Source of the DNA: Vicugna vicugna
Taxonomy: Eukaryota
Direction of reading: 5' to 3'
Assembly: GCA_013265495.1 (NCBI GenBank)
Contig: MU060887.1
Span: 3,906,001-3,970,000, forward strand
Length of the DNA: 64,000 bases
In this document: positions 26,001-35,591 of the stretch, one piece after another
Layout: each line of letters starts with the position of its first letter
Position numbering within the stretch: the first letter of the stretch is position 1
Program-made: the position numbers and the translations under genes
Notes under the pieces: generated by a model
What the model was told of the DNA's origin: nothing
The model's input: the letters and a program-made list of their open reading frames with translations, nothing else
Databases searched by the model: none

Positions 26001-29000
26001 GTGGACTCCCGCACCCCAGGGTACGCACGTGGACAGAGCCCTGCGGTGCAGCATAAGGGTTGTGCAGACAGGCTGAGTGCTAGAGCTCCAGGACCTGCCG
26101 TCCTCCGAGCACTGAGCATTTCGTCTCTGCTTCACAGTTAATAAACGAGAACACTGAAGTAGCGGACATGGAGAACGCTGGACACCCCAGTTCAGAAACA
26201 CCAGCCGCGACCAACTACTTCCTTCAGTATATCAGCTCCAGGTGTGTGCCTCGGGCCTGGTGCCAGCCTTGTGTGGGGAGAGCCTTGGCCTCAGAGGGGT
26301 CCATAGCCACCCACTGTCCCCGACTCAGGGCCCAGGGAGGAGGCAGCCCCTGGCCAGGAGCCATCCTGGGCCTTCCTCAGAGAAGAAGCCCAGTCCCCCT
26401 CCAGCCCCTCCGCCTCCCCTCTGGGTGCAGATGCTGAGGGGCCAGGATGGGGGGCTTCAGGCACCTGAGGCCGCACCCCAGTTCTATGGGGTTGTCCAGT
26501 CTAGCCCTCAGAGTGAGCCCTGTCACCCAGACCTCGTGCCCAGAATGGGACCCAGCGGGCTGGTGGTAGCTCGGCAGCCTGTTGTCACCCACACAGAGCA
26601 GTAGGACATGGGCTTCAGCTCCAGGAGGCCTGGCATGAGCAGTGACCTTGCTGCTTGGCTGCCTGGACCCCAGTCTGCAGAGTGCATCAGATATTTTAAG
26701 ATGCATGTTTTGCACTTCAGCGTTTCCCAAATCGGGAGGCACGTGCAGCCTGTGATACCTTAAACTGGATGAAGTGTGACAGCCCCAGCAGCCACCGCTG
26801 GCCTAGAGCTCACCCAGGTTGTCCTGTGTGGCCCCCCCCACAGCCTGGTGGGAGGTGTCGCCTCCTTGGTGTGGGCCAGGGGAGGGGGCCAGAGAGCAGC
26901 AGAGACTCACCGCCCCAGCCTGCTGCCCAGCGGGTTTCCCTCCTGGACATGGGTGGAGTACCCCGCACTCGGCCTCTGAGGTGGTGCCCCCTACCTGCAG
27001 GCCGAGGGTGAGGGGAAGGCGGGTGTCCGGTGTGTTGGGCGGTGGAAGCTGAGGGTCTGTGTTTGCTGCGCGGTGCAGCCTGGCAGGGGAGGTGTTGGGG
27101 CAGGCACCTGTCCCTGGCAAGCCAAGCCCATCCTGCAAGGCCACATGGGGCCTTGACTGTGCTCTCCACACCAGGTGTCTGGGTCTCACTTACTCAGACC
27201 GTGCGCCCATGGCACGTGCAGGCGGCACACCTGCCTGGCGCTGTCCTGTGTGACACCACACACTCATAGCACATCTTCTCTTCAGTTTAGAGAACTCAGC
27301 CAACAGCGCCGACGCTGCCAGCAGCAAGTTCGTGTTTGGCCAGAACATGAGCGAGCGTGTGCTGGTGAGTGCCCCACTGGGGACTGGTGCTCCTCGGGGG
27401 CCAGGAGGCTTTCAGAGCCTCCCCTGGGTCTAGGGCACGTGTGGGGTGTGGCTGCTGCATCGGCGGCTCCTGTGAAAGTAGAACCCTTTGTCTTGCAAAT
27501 AAAGTAAGAGAAAGAAGACCCAGCACAGAAGCAGCTCAAACCAGGGCAGGGCTGTGGGCACTGGCAGCCCAGGGAGGCCCTCCAGGAGCCAGGGTCACGC
27601 TTCCTGTCTTTCCTTATGCTGACACACTTCCTCCTGGCTAAGAGCGGTGGTGGGGACAGCCATCAGGCCGAAGTCCTTAGCCATGTGCCACTGGGACCAC
27701 CCTGAGCCACCTCTGGAATCAAGGGGGGCAGCCCCACCCCGACCACAAGGCTGCAGCCAGAATGGGGGCTGGGGGTCTTGGAGGGACCCCTGCAGTGTCC
27801 CCTGCACTCCTGACACACCACAGCCAAGGCATGTGGGTGACCTCGGGCCGTCTCCTGGTCCCAGGGGGCCCAGCCAGCCCAGGGCAGGCTTCTAGGGTTG
27901 CTGACCCGCTCCCTTATTTGTGTTCCTTTTCTTCCCCAATCATACATGGCCCGGCTGGGTCCATGGTAAGTGTGGCTAAGGTGCTGTTTGGGGCCCACCT
28001 AATTCTTGCCATCTTGGTCTCCGTGTGTTGCACTCAGGAGCCCCCTACTTCTCTCAAGGGTCAGCACTGTCCTTTTTCAATTTCGATGAAGTAGTCAAAG
28101 ACCTGCCTCACAGGCCAAGATTACTGGGCAGTCTGAGGTCAGCTGGTGGCACACACCTCCCAGTGATGCCGTAGAGGCCCCACGTGGGGCTCCAGGGGCA
28201 GTGCATGTATGGCATCCAGGGCGATCTGTGAGGACTGAGAGCTGCTTGTTTTGTGAAGGTGTTGAGCAGGGGCTGTCTTATAATACTTGAGGAGCGTTGA
28301 GTGGGCGTGGAGCTAGGGCTCGGCAGGTCCCGGAAGCTAGGAAGGAAAAGCTGTTGTCAGCAGAAAGTTCTTTACCCGGACAGGGCCATGCCAGGAGGGG
28401 CTTCCTGTTCCGCAGCCACCTGACCACCGGCACCACCCACACACGCCCTCCTCCCATGTGCCTCCCCTCCCCACAGAGCCCACCCAAACTAAATGAGGTC
28501 AGTTCAGATGCCAACAGAGAAAACACAGCTGCCGAGTCTGGGTCCGAGTCCTCATCCCAGGAGGCCACCCCCGAGAAAGGTATGTCTGCGTCCTCTGGCT
28601 TCCGGGAGGGGCACAAAGTGACGGGAGGGGCACAGAGTGATGAGGCTGTCCATCCCCACCCTGCGCTGGAGGGACGGAGGGACGGGACCACCTGGCGGCA
28701 GCAGCAGCAACCACACGTGAACCAGACATCCTCCAGCCATGCTGGCTTTCCAGGAGTGGGGAGGGGACTCGTTCATCTTAGACCAGTGAGGCCTGTGCTG
28801 CTGCCCGGGGACCCGGGGAAGGGTTGAGGTAATTGTCAACCTGTTCCTCACGCCCTGAGGCAGTGGAGGGGAGCTTCTCTCACAGCCCTCTCAGAAGTCT
28901 TTCTGACTTCTGTCCTGTCCCAAGTGGGAAATGGGAAATCTGGAGACACGTTGGCTGCTCCCAGGTGGTCTCCCTGCAGCTTCCGAGGCAGGGTTACATG

Positions 29001-32000
29001 GCATGTCCGAGGTCCACTCCGACCCAGGTGTGGCGGCCGGGGGTCACTGGCACCCTTGAGGCCGGACCCACCCCTTTTGGTGTCCTCTGAGGTGCATCCT
29101 ACCCCCCACCAAATAAATAGTCAATGTCGTTTAGCTAATAACATTGCAGAGTCCCTGGCCGAGTCGGCTGCGGCCTACACCAAGGCGACGGCGCGGAAGT
29201 GTTTGTTGGAGAAGGTGGAAGTCATCACCGGGGAGGAGGCGGAGAGCAACGTGCTGCAGGTGAGGCGGATCAGGGGGCGTCTCGGCCACCTCCCCACAGT
29301 TCTGCTGAGAGCTTAGCAGGTGCTACCCTGCTTCTTGTGTCTCTTTGTATTGGAGCAAAAGGCTCTCTTCGAGACATTCTCAATAGTTCAGGGAATTACG
29401 GGCTGTGGTAACGCCTGCTCTTACCGCCCAGAACCAGCAGCTGTGCTGCTCTTGTCACAGCGAGGGTGGGTACTGTGCTCGGTCGTTAGGGGGAAATATC
29501 ACCGTGGCCCAGCCATCCTGCAGGCTTGCCCACCCGCCTTCCTCTCCCAGGGCAGCGCGGCCAGTGTGCCCAGCCTCCTTCTGCTCCTCCTCCTCTCGCA
29601 CGTGCCTGGGTGTATCTGTACACCACGTGTATACAGCATCAGGGAGCTGTTAACAAGGCGGTTTTAGTGGTATTTCTTTACATCGCTCACAGGCGTTTCT
29701 TAATCCATCCACGTTGAGAGATAGTGACTTTTAAAGATCTGCAGACTTTTTCTGTGAAGGGCCACGTATGGTCTCTGTTGCTTTTTTTTTTCTCATGTTT
29801 AACAGTTTCAGCGAGATAAAAAGTGCATGCTATGAAATTCACCTTTAAAGCATACAGCTCAGTGGTTTTTAGTATATTCACAAGTTGTACAAACGTCACC
29901 ACTAAGGTAGAACTTTTTAGTCCCCCAAAAAGAAACCTTGTGCCCGTTAACAGCCCCTCCCCAGCCCCCGGCAGCCCCTCACCCACTTTCCGTCCCTATG
30001 GATGTGCCCTGCTGTGACATTTCTTATGCGTGGAAGGAATCGTGCGCTACGTGGCCTTTTATCTCTGGCTTCTCTCACTGAGCGTCATGTTTTCGAGGTT
30101 CATCCACGTTGTAACGTGTGTCAGTGTTCCACCCCTTTGCATGGCTGTGGTGATGAACCACGTTTGCTGATCCGTTCACCTGTCAGGGGGCACTGGGTTT
30201 GCCTCCACCTTGAGGGTGTTGAGAACAGTGCTGCTGTGGACTTTGACCTGCAAGTGTCCGTGTGGAACGGGTTCCGTTCCTCTTGGGTAGATATTTACGA
30301 GTGGAATTTCTGGACCGTGTGGTAACTCCATTTTAACATTTTGAAGAACTGTTTTCCACAGTGGCTGCACCACTTCACATTCCTGTCAGCGAGGTTGAGG
30401 GTTCCGATTTCTCCACGCCCTCCTCAGTCCCTGTTACTGTCTGTTGTCTGGTTATAGCCATCTAGTGGGTATGATGTGGTATCTCTTTGTGGTTCTGACT
30501 TGCATTTCCTTCAGGATTCTTTCTTTTTTTTTTTAATTCTTCTCTAAAGATGTAAAATCCATTCTAGCTTGAGGGCAGGATGAAAACTGGCCAAGGGCCG
30601 GGTGTGTCCCCCAGACCGTAGTTTGTTGACCCTGGTAGTTTGTGCAGGTTCCCAGGGTCCGTCTGCCCAGCCAGGACCCCTGCTCATCCAGAGGCCCGCC
30701 TTGTGTTCCAGATCCAGTGTAAGCTGTTTGTCTTTGACAAGACCTCGCAGTCGTGGGTGGAGCGAGGCCGGGGGCTGCTCAGGCTCAACGACATGGCCTC
30801 GACTGAGGACGGCACGTTACAGTCCCGACTGGGTGAGCTGCGGTCGGCTCCCGCGGGGGGCCCGGGGCACTGCGGGCCCCTGTGATTCTCCTCCTGCCCA
30901 GTGTGCAAGTGGATAAAAGGGTTTCATGGCTTTTTAACTTAGTCTTTGATAGTAAATGTGCCAGTTGTTTTGCAGTAGAAAGGAAAAGGAGGAAGTCAGA
31001 TATCCACTAAAATCTCTGAATCTCTAAGTATTTTCTGGCAGTCCCTTCTTGTCCTGTGAATCTTTTTTAAGAAAGTGGGGGTGAATTTTTCTCTTGCCCT
31101 TTCACTTGCTATTTTGTGAGTATATTCCTCTGTCGTTCAATTTTCCTTAAAACGTGGCTGTTTTTGAAAAACTTCTCCATTAATACTCTATTGACAGTGA
31201 ATGTACTTAACCATTCCCCTATCAATGGACATTTGGATCATTCCTAATTTTTTGGTCTTGTGAACAGTGGTCCTGGGGCCTCCTGTATGTGAACCATATA
31301 CCCAGCAGTGTGCTTGTTACAGGGGTGCATGTGTCGGGGAGGGTGTTCATAGACACACACATTTAAAGAAAATCAAGTGTAGATGTGTGAGATGTATGTG
31401 TGTGTTTCTGGTGTTTTTGGTTTTTTTATCCTCTCAAGTTAAAGTTGCCCGCTGGCCTTTACAGAGCAGTTCCTGGCCCAGGCCTAGGTCCCACTGCATC
31501 CTTTCAGTAACGTTTTTATGCACTTGGGCTCAGAATCATCCCAAGATTGGAACAGAAATGACAATGGCCCTTCTGTTTGGGCTCCGTTCCTTTTCCCCCT
31601 GTAGACGTCTCTCGATTTCTTTTTCACTTTTTCTTGCGAGACTGTTGATGCCCACATGGACGGAGAGCAGTGTCTTGAGCCCCAGCTCTCGGCTCCCCTC
31701 CTCAGTCATCAGCCAGTGACCAGTCTTGCTGTGGCCGTGTCCCTTCCCTGGTTGAGACCATCCCAGCCGCGCTTTCCTTTCCCCCCAACACAGCCTTCCG
31801 TCCGAGCCCCACCCCAGGGGGCAGACTGAGCTTGGGGGCCGGGCTTAGAGGGCTCGGGGGTGAGTGGGAGGAGATCCGGTCAGTTGGAGCCCCGGCTTGG
31901 GGTGACAACTGCTAACCCTCTCCAGGTTTGTTCCAGTGGGGAGAGCTGGGCTGGCAGGAAGTCGTGGGGTCACTTGTGTCCATGCAGTTGACAGGGGTTA

Positions 32001-33540
32001 GGGCACGGCCAGGGTGACATTGGCCTTGGGCCTGCTGTGGGTAGAACTTGGGGTCTCCCATGCATTTCCAGAGAGGAAAGGTCTGCCCCCGTTTTTCTCC
32101 ACCATGTGCTGCTCTCAGTCTGTCTTCTCCCTCCTGATGGGAGCTCTGAACAGCAGCTGGCCTCGACCTTTCTCCTGAAGGAAACAACATAGGGCAGGGA
32201 CTGGGCATTGGCCTGCAGGTGGGAGACAGTCAGAGGGCATCAGCCTCATGCCGTGCCCACCGTGTGCAGCCCACGCTGTCCCACCTCTTTATGCAGCGCA
32301 CCTCCCGCTGCCTCCTGCTCTCCACCTCCCCAGGGAAGCTGCCCCGACCTGCTCCATGCACTGGGTGTGGCCTCTGGATCTGGGCCAGGGAGCGGGTGGT
32401 GCCAAGGCTGTTGTCCAGCAGACAGGTGGGAGGCTTTCATGGACCTTGGGAGAATCGTGGTAGTTCGCCCTGGGGTGCTGGCTTCCCTTCCAGACCCTGT
32501 GTGTCCTCATAGCTGGCTGTGGGCAGTGGCTGGGGGACCAGGGCTGAACAGCCTTGTCGGTTGCAGTGATGCGGACCCAGGGCAGCCTGCGGCTGATCCT
32601 CAACACCAAGCTGTGGGCCCAGATGCAGATAGACAAGGCCAGTGAGAAGAGCATCCGCATCACAGCCATGGACACCGAGGACCAGGGCGTGAAGGTCTTC
32701 CTGATCTCGGTGAGCAGCCCCGGCTCAGGCTGCGCTGCTGCCAGCCTCTCATGCAAGGGAGCTGCCCACACAGCCCCCCAGACAAGGGTGGTGCGCCCTT
32801 GAACCCCTTCAGAAGGGAGGCTCCACCAGGCAGGACTGAGGGGTGGCCCTCTGCAGGGGAGCTCCATGGCACAGCACCCTGCAGCCTGCGCTGTGGTGTG
32901 GCCAGGGAGAGGAGGGGCGTCTAGGCAGGCCAGTCCCCAAAATGAGTGGATCGGGCTGGCTCACTGAGGGCTGGTGCAGCCGCAGGCTCTGTGAACCCCT
33001 TAGGAAGACAGGCCCAGGGGCTGAGGGAGCTTCGGTTGGTGGTCCCCAGGTTTGGCGAGGAGAGGTCAGGCTGCTTCCCAGTCCCAGCCTGGGGGTTGTG
33101 GCGTCCCAGTATGGTGGGGGAGGCGGCCATACTGACCACATTGACCGGAAGGGGGTCTCCCCACACGGCCTCATAACCTGACACTTGCCTCCGCCTCCCC
33201 CAGGCCAGCTCCAAGGACACAGGCCAACTGTACGCGGCCCTGCACCACCGCATCCTGGCCCTGCGCAGCCGCGTGGAGCAGGAGCAGGAGGCCAAGACAC
33301 CCGCCCCAGAGCCAGGAGCAGCCCCGTCCAACGAGGATGACAGTGATGACGACGACGTCCTGGCCCCATCGGGGGCCACCGGAGGCGGTGAGCCGGGCGG
33401 TCCCAGGACTGACCTCTGGGCGTGGGGGGCCTGGCCCCAGGGAATGGGGCTTTGTCCAGGGCGGGGACCTGATGGTGAGGCCACTGCTTCCCACAGGCAC
33501 TGGCGACGAAGGGGACGGGCAGACAGCCGGGAGCACATAG
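2020..33540 (+). CDS. RANBP3: Ran-binding protein 3, spliced CDS, 5'-partial. join(2020-2075,7398-7586,15175-15211,15298-15384,20954-21019,21946-22038,23031-23149,24244-24363,26138-26241,27286-27364,28477-28579,29150-29259,30712-30832,32567-32709,33204-33387,33497-33540)
   Basis: 16 exons with AG/GT ends and consistent phases, 1655 nt in total, ending in TAG at 33538-33540. The translation shows recalled RanBP3 hallmarks: EKPAIAPPVFVFQKDKGQK, the NLS PPVKRERTSS, two FVFGQN motifs, a Ran-binding domain (VEVITGEEAESNVLQ...WVERGRGLLRLND...LRLILNTKLW) and an acidic tail. The first coding exon (MADLANE-) is not in the window. Predicted length is about 558 aa if exon 1 contributes 22 nt as in human. 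Confidence 0.97.
2352..2441. repeat. Purine-rich (GA) low-complexity tract
   Basis: About 90 nt of almost only G/A (gcaggagaggagagataggagggaggagaagagg...) in RANBP3 intron 2. Confidence 0.85.
7398..7586 (+). CDS. RANBP3: RANBP3 coding exon 3 (189 nt, phase 0-0 symmetric exon)
   Basis: ctcccag|TCC TCT GCA GAG...GCA GGG|gtaag; encodes SSAEQKDLSDSGEEPRGEAE...FPRELAG. Confidence 0.95.
10483..10808. repeat. Minisatellite: 11 tandem copies of a 29/30-bp unit TGGGG(G)TCACCG(G/A)GTCCCAGGCAG(A/T)CCAG(A/G)
   Basis: Units parsed by hand; lengths 30,29,30,30,30,29,29,30,30,29,30; located in RANBP3 intron 3. Confidence 0.95.
15175..15211 (+). CDS. RANBP3: RANBP3 coding exon 4 (37 nt)
   Basis: catttcag|AGG TCA GCC...GAA G|gtgag; encodes RSAGGSSPEGGE(D). 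Confidence 0.94.
15298..15384 (+). CDS. RANBP3: RANBP3 coding exon 5 (87 nt; NLS and basophilic kinase site)
   Basis: tttgtag|AT TCT GAC...TCA G|gtaac; encodes DSDREDGNYCPPVKRERTSSLTQFPPSQS. Confidence 0.96.
19480..20070 (-). mobile_element. Ancient L1M fragments (3' end and ORF2-derived), interrupted by the SINE
   Basis: Recognisable L1 consensus phrases: gtgtgcaaccatcacc, tctgtctctgtggatttgcctgttctggac, tttattcctaagtattt, ttcattgctagtatgtagaaa; boundaries approximate. Confidence 0.75.
19841..19963 (-). mobile_element. tRNA-derived SINE of camelid (Vic-like) type, inserted into an older L1 fragment
   Basis: The - strand reads GGGAGGATGTAGCTCAGGTGGTAGAGCGCATGCTTAGC...GGTCCTGGGTTCAATCCCTAGCACCTCC (A and B boxes), then a tail TAAAAAGTAA...AAACAAACCTAAT. 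Flanked by the direct repeat GAATTGTTTTC at 19827-19837 and 19969-19979. Family assignment is from memory. Confidence 0.8.
20954..21019 (+). CDS. RANBP3: RANBP3 coding exon 6 (66 nt)
   Basis: cttgtag|AG GAA AAG...GCA G|gtagg; encodes EEKSSGFRLKPPTLIHGQAPSA. Confidence 0.95.
21946..22038 (+). CDS. RANBP3: RANBP3 coding exon 7 (93 nt)
   Basis: ttcccag|GT CTG CCG...CCG G|gtgag; encodes GLPSQKPKEQQRSVLRPAVLQAPQPRALSQP. Confidence 0.95.
23031..23149 (+). CDS. RANBP3: RANBP3 coding exon 8 (119 nt)
   Basis: gccctcag|TC CCG AGC...CTT GAG|gtccgt (weak donor); encodes VPSSGTNGVSIPADCPG...SPSDEAPALE. Confidence 0.9.
24244..24363 (+). CDS. RANBP3: RANBP3 coding exon 9 (120 nt; first FVFG motif)
   Basis: ctcaccag|GAG AAG GAG...GTT AAG|gtac; encodes EKEPQKN...QQAFVFGQNLRDRVK. 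Confidence 0.96.
24714..24936 (-). mobile_element. MER20-like hAT DNA transposon relic
   Basis: Reverse-complement match to recalled MER20 (agggtttct...cactgtagggtgttgagcagc...ccccagttgtgacaac...tgccaaatgttcccc...aatcaccccc...tgagagcc). Confidence 0.75.
25169..25383 (+). mobile_element. Second MER20-like relic, opposite orientation to the first
   Basis: tgtctggggacattcgtggttgtcacaac...gaggccagggatgctg...gtgagaacgcctg. Confidence 0.72.
26138..26241 (+). CDS. RANBP3: RANBP3 coding exon 10 (104 nt)
   Basis: ttcacag|TTA ATA AAC...TCC AG|gtgtg; encodes LINENTEVADMENAGHPSSETPAATNYFLQYISS. Confidence 0.95.
27286..27364 (+). CDS. RANBP3: RANBP3 coding exon 11 (79 nt; second FVFG motif)
   Basis: tcttcag|T TTA GAG...GTG CTG|gtgag; encodes LENSANSADAASSKFVFGQNMSERVL. 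Confidence 0.96.
28477..28579 (+). CDS. RANBP3: RANBP3 coding exon 12 (103 nt)
   Basis: cccacag|AGC CCA CCC...AAA G|gtatg; encodes SPPKLNEVSSDANRENTAAESGSESSSQEATPEK. Confidence 0.96.
29150..29259 (+). CDS. RANBP3: RANBP3 coding exon 13 (110 nt; alternative upstream acceptor at 29135 adds ANNIA)
   Basis: gtttag|ctaataacattgcag|AG TCC CTG...CTG CAG|gtgag; encodes ESLAESAAAYTKATARKCLLEKVEVITGEEAESNVLQ. Confidence 0.95.
29800..30510 (-). mobile_element. L1MB-like LINE-1 3' fragment
   Basis: aaattcacctttaaagcatacagctcagtggtttttagtatattcacaagttgtac...gtggctgcaccacttcacattcc...ggttatagccatctagtgggtatga; boundaries approximate. Confidence 0.8.
30712..30832 (+). CDS. RANBP3: RANBP3 coding exon 14 (121 nt; Ran-binding domain)
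   Basis: gttccag|ATC CAG TGT...CTG G|gtgag; encodes IQCKLFVFDKTSQSWVERGRGLLRLNDMASTEDGTLQSRL. Confidence 0.97.
32567..32709 (+). CDS. RANBP3: RANBP3 coding exon 15 (143 nt; Ran-binding domain)
   Basis: gttgcag|TG ATG CGG...ATC TCG|gtgag; encodes VMRTQGSLRLILNTKLWAQMQIDKASEKSIRITAMDTEDQGVKVFLIS. Confidence 0.97.
33204..33387 (+). CDS. RANBP3: RANBP3 coding exon 16 (184 nt)
   Basis: cccccag|GCC AGC TCC...GGC G|gtgag; encodes ASSKDTGQLYAALHHRILALRSRVEQEQE...DDSDDDDVLAPSGATGG. Confidence 0.96.
33497..33540 (+). CDS. RANBP3: RANBP3 terminal coding exon 17 (3'UTR continues to about 34885)
   Basis: cccacag|GC ACT GGC GAC GAA...AGC ACA TAG; encodes GTGDEGDGQTAGST*. Confidence 0.95.
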
Positions 33541-34820
33541 CGCCGGGAGCCGGCTGCCCGCGAGCCTGCTGCTTTGTCCGTCTGTCCGCCCGCCCGCCCG
33601 CCCCTCCCGCCGGCAGCGTCGAGGTGCGGGGCTCGGGAACCACACTCCCCGCTGGGTTGGCCACAGTCTGGATCCGCACGTCCCGTTCAGAAGCAGACTC
33701 GGGAACTGCCTGAATGTGGTTTGGGACACGAGACCTCATCATATTGATGAGCAAAGCGAAAAAGAACATTTCTTCCCTTCCCCTTTGAATTGAAATGGCA
33801 CATTAAGACTTGTCACGGCTTCTCACTGGGACTGGGACACCGTGTTCTTCACCCCGCCTCCCCGTGCCGCCGGCCTCTCCCCGCCGCCTGCCCAGGCCAC
33901 CGGGTCTGTCCACACGAGTGTAAACACTGGGCCTGCTGGACGTCCTGCTAACTGCTACCTTGTCCTCCCATCTCCTGTGTTCCGACTGGGGGTTGTACTT
34001 GTAGCTCCTTTCCTCCCCCCCCAGGCTTCATATCCGGCTTCCTAGAGTAAGGCGGTTCCGCGTGGTGAGCAGCACAGCTCCGCCGTGGGCTGCATCCTCA
34101 CCCTGCGGCCCCGGCCCTGCGCTGGGGGTGCTCAGAGGGCTGCTCGAGGAGCCAGCCCCCACTCGTTCCCCACCAGGGTTCCTCCAGGCGACGTGGTGGG
34201 GTGTTGAGGGGTTGGGCCCCAGGCCTGGAGAGAGCCTATCGAGAAAAGGGTCACTAGCCCCGTCCTCCTGTCTGCCACGCCCCGCACGGGTCGCCCATCG
34301 TCGGGCACCCAGGTGCAAGCCTGCTCCTGCTGTTGGCTGCTCCTTCCTTCACAGCCGTGGCCATCTCTGCCCAAGACCATGCAGGGCTGGGGGCCTCTGT
34401 GACAGGCAGAGGGGGACCCTAGCAGGGCCTTTGAGGAGGGGACGGGGGACTGGTTCCAGACCACAGGCAGAACCCATGCTCACAGCACACACAGGAGCAG
34501 GTGCCCTCTGCCCACCCCTACCCAGAGCGTGGCTGAGAGCCAGCCGGGCACCACCCTCCTGGAGAGGCCTGCAGAGGTCTCCGTGCACAGGGCTCTGAGG
34601 GTTTGCAGAGGAAGCTGCCCAGCCTCGCCCTCAGAGGGTCAGGAAAAGGCCGTCTCCACAGCTGTGCCGCCGACACCCCGGGTTGGCCCCGGTCAGCCCG
34701 AGCCCGAGCCAGGGGTAGACACCAAAGGGCCTCCCAGCAGATCCGGTCACACGTCTCTGCTTTAAGCCTTAGCCAACTAGTGACAAGTAAAACCAGATAA
34801 CGCCCATGTGTTTTGGAACG

Positions 34821-34826
34821 TTTATG
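34821..34826 (-). terminator. Candidate CAPS polyadenylation signal (variant CATAAA on - strand)
   Basis: tttatg on + reads CATAAA on -. I found no canonical hexamer on - between the CAPS stop and this island. A weaker alternative is GATAAA at 35291-35296. Confidence 0.45.
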
Positions 34827-34860
34827 TAAGATTGTCATATGAAATGTATTTGGGAACTAC

Positions 34861-34866
34861 ATTAAA
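34861..34866 (+). terminator. Probable RANBP3 polyadenylation signal ATTAAA
   Basis: The only AATAAA/ATTAAA hexamer I found on + between the RANBP3 stop and CAPS. It sits in an AT-rich island (about 34770-34885) inside GC-rich sequence. Confidence 0.75.
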
Positions 34867-35489
34867 ACTTTTAACTAAAACGCTGGCCTCCTGTGTGCCC
34901 CAGGGGCCTCAGGAAGCCGGATGACCTGGCCCAGAACGGCCTCCGCTCCTCCGGGCGCAGTTCCTCCAGCAGCTTGGCCTGCCTGTGGGCTGCGGCCTTT
35001 GCCCCACGCTCCACACCTGGGCAGGTGACCGAGCTCAGCTGCCTTCCAAGACTGGCCACCTCCGTGCAGAGCCTCGCTTCACAGAAGAGCCGTTTGCTTC
35101 CCCACCCAGGTGCTGCCTGGCTTCCCGGGGAACCATGGGGGTGGGGCAGGGAGGGGATGCTGGCAGGGTTCACTGAGCAGGGCATCTGGGGTGCGGGGCA
35201 CCTGTGGCACCTGGTGAGGCCTGGGGTCAGCACAGCGTGGGCAGCGAGGGCCTTCCTGGGGTCCTGAGCCAGTGACCCATCATTGGGACGTTTATCCCAT
35301 TAACACCTGGTGGCCAAGCAGCCCTTGGAGACCTAGTCCAGCCAGTTCTGCGGCCTCCCACACTCCCCTCCATCCCCCAGCCGGGGGCTGCTCAGCTCAA
35401 ACCCCAGGTGAGAGGGTCCCTGGCTCAGGGGTTTTGGTGGGGGGGGGGTCCTATGCTATGGTGGGGCGAGCTGAGGAAGTGCATGTTGC

Positions 35490-35591
35490 TCACAGCCGCC
35501 AGGCACTGGTCATCATGGCCACGAACTCCTCATCCGTGTCCACAGAGGCACTCACGCCGCTGTAGTAGTCCTGGAACTCGGCCAGCGTGAC
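35490..35591 (-). CDS. CAPS: CAPS last coding exon (102 nt including stop)
   Basis: cccccag|GTC ACG CTG GCC GAG...CGG CTG TGA; encodes [33 protein letters not shown]. Confidence 0.95.
   Translation of the reverse strand, partial: VTLAEFQDYYSGVSASVDTDEEFVAMMTSAWRL

Noticed and set aside
32809-33769. Long minus-strand ORFs (306 and 282 aa)
   Set aside because: Antisense shadows of GC-rich RANBP3 exons 16-17; low-complexity Pro/Gly/Arg/Ala products with no recognisable domain.
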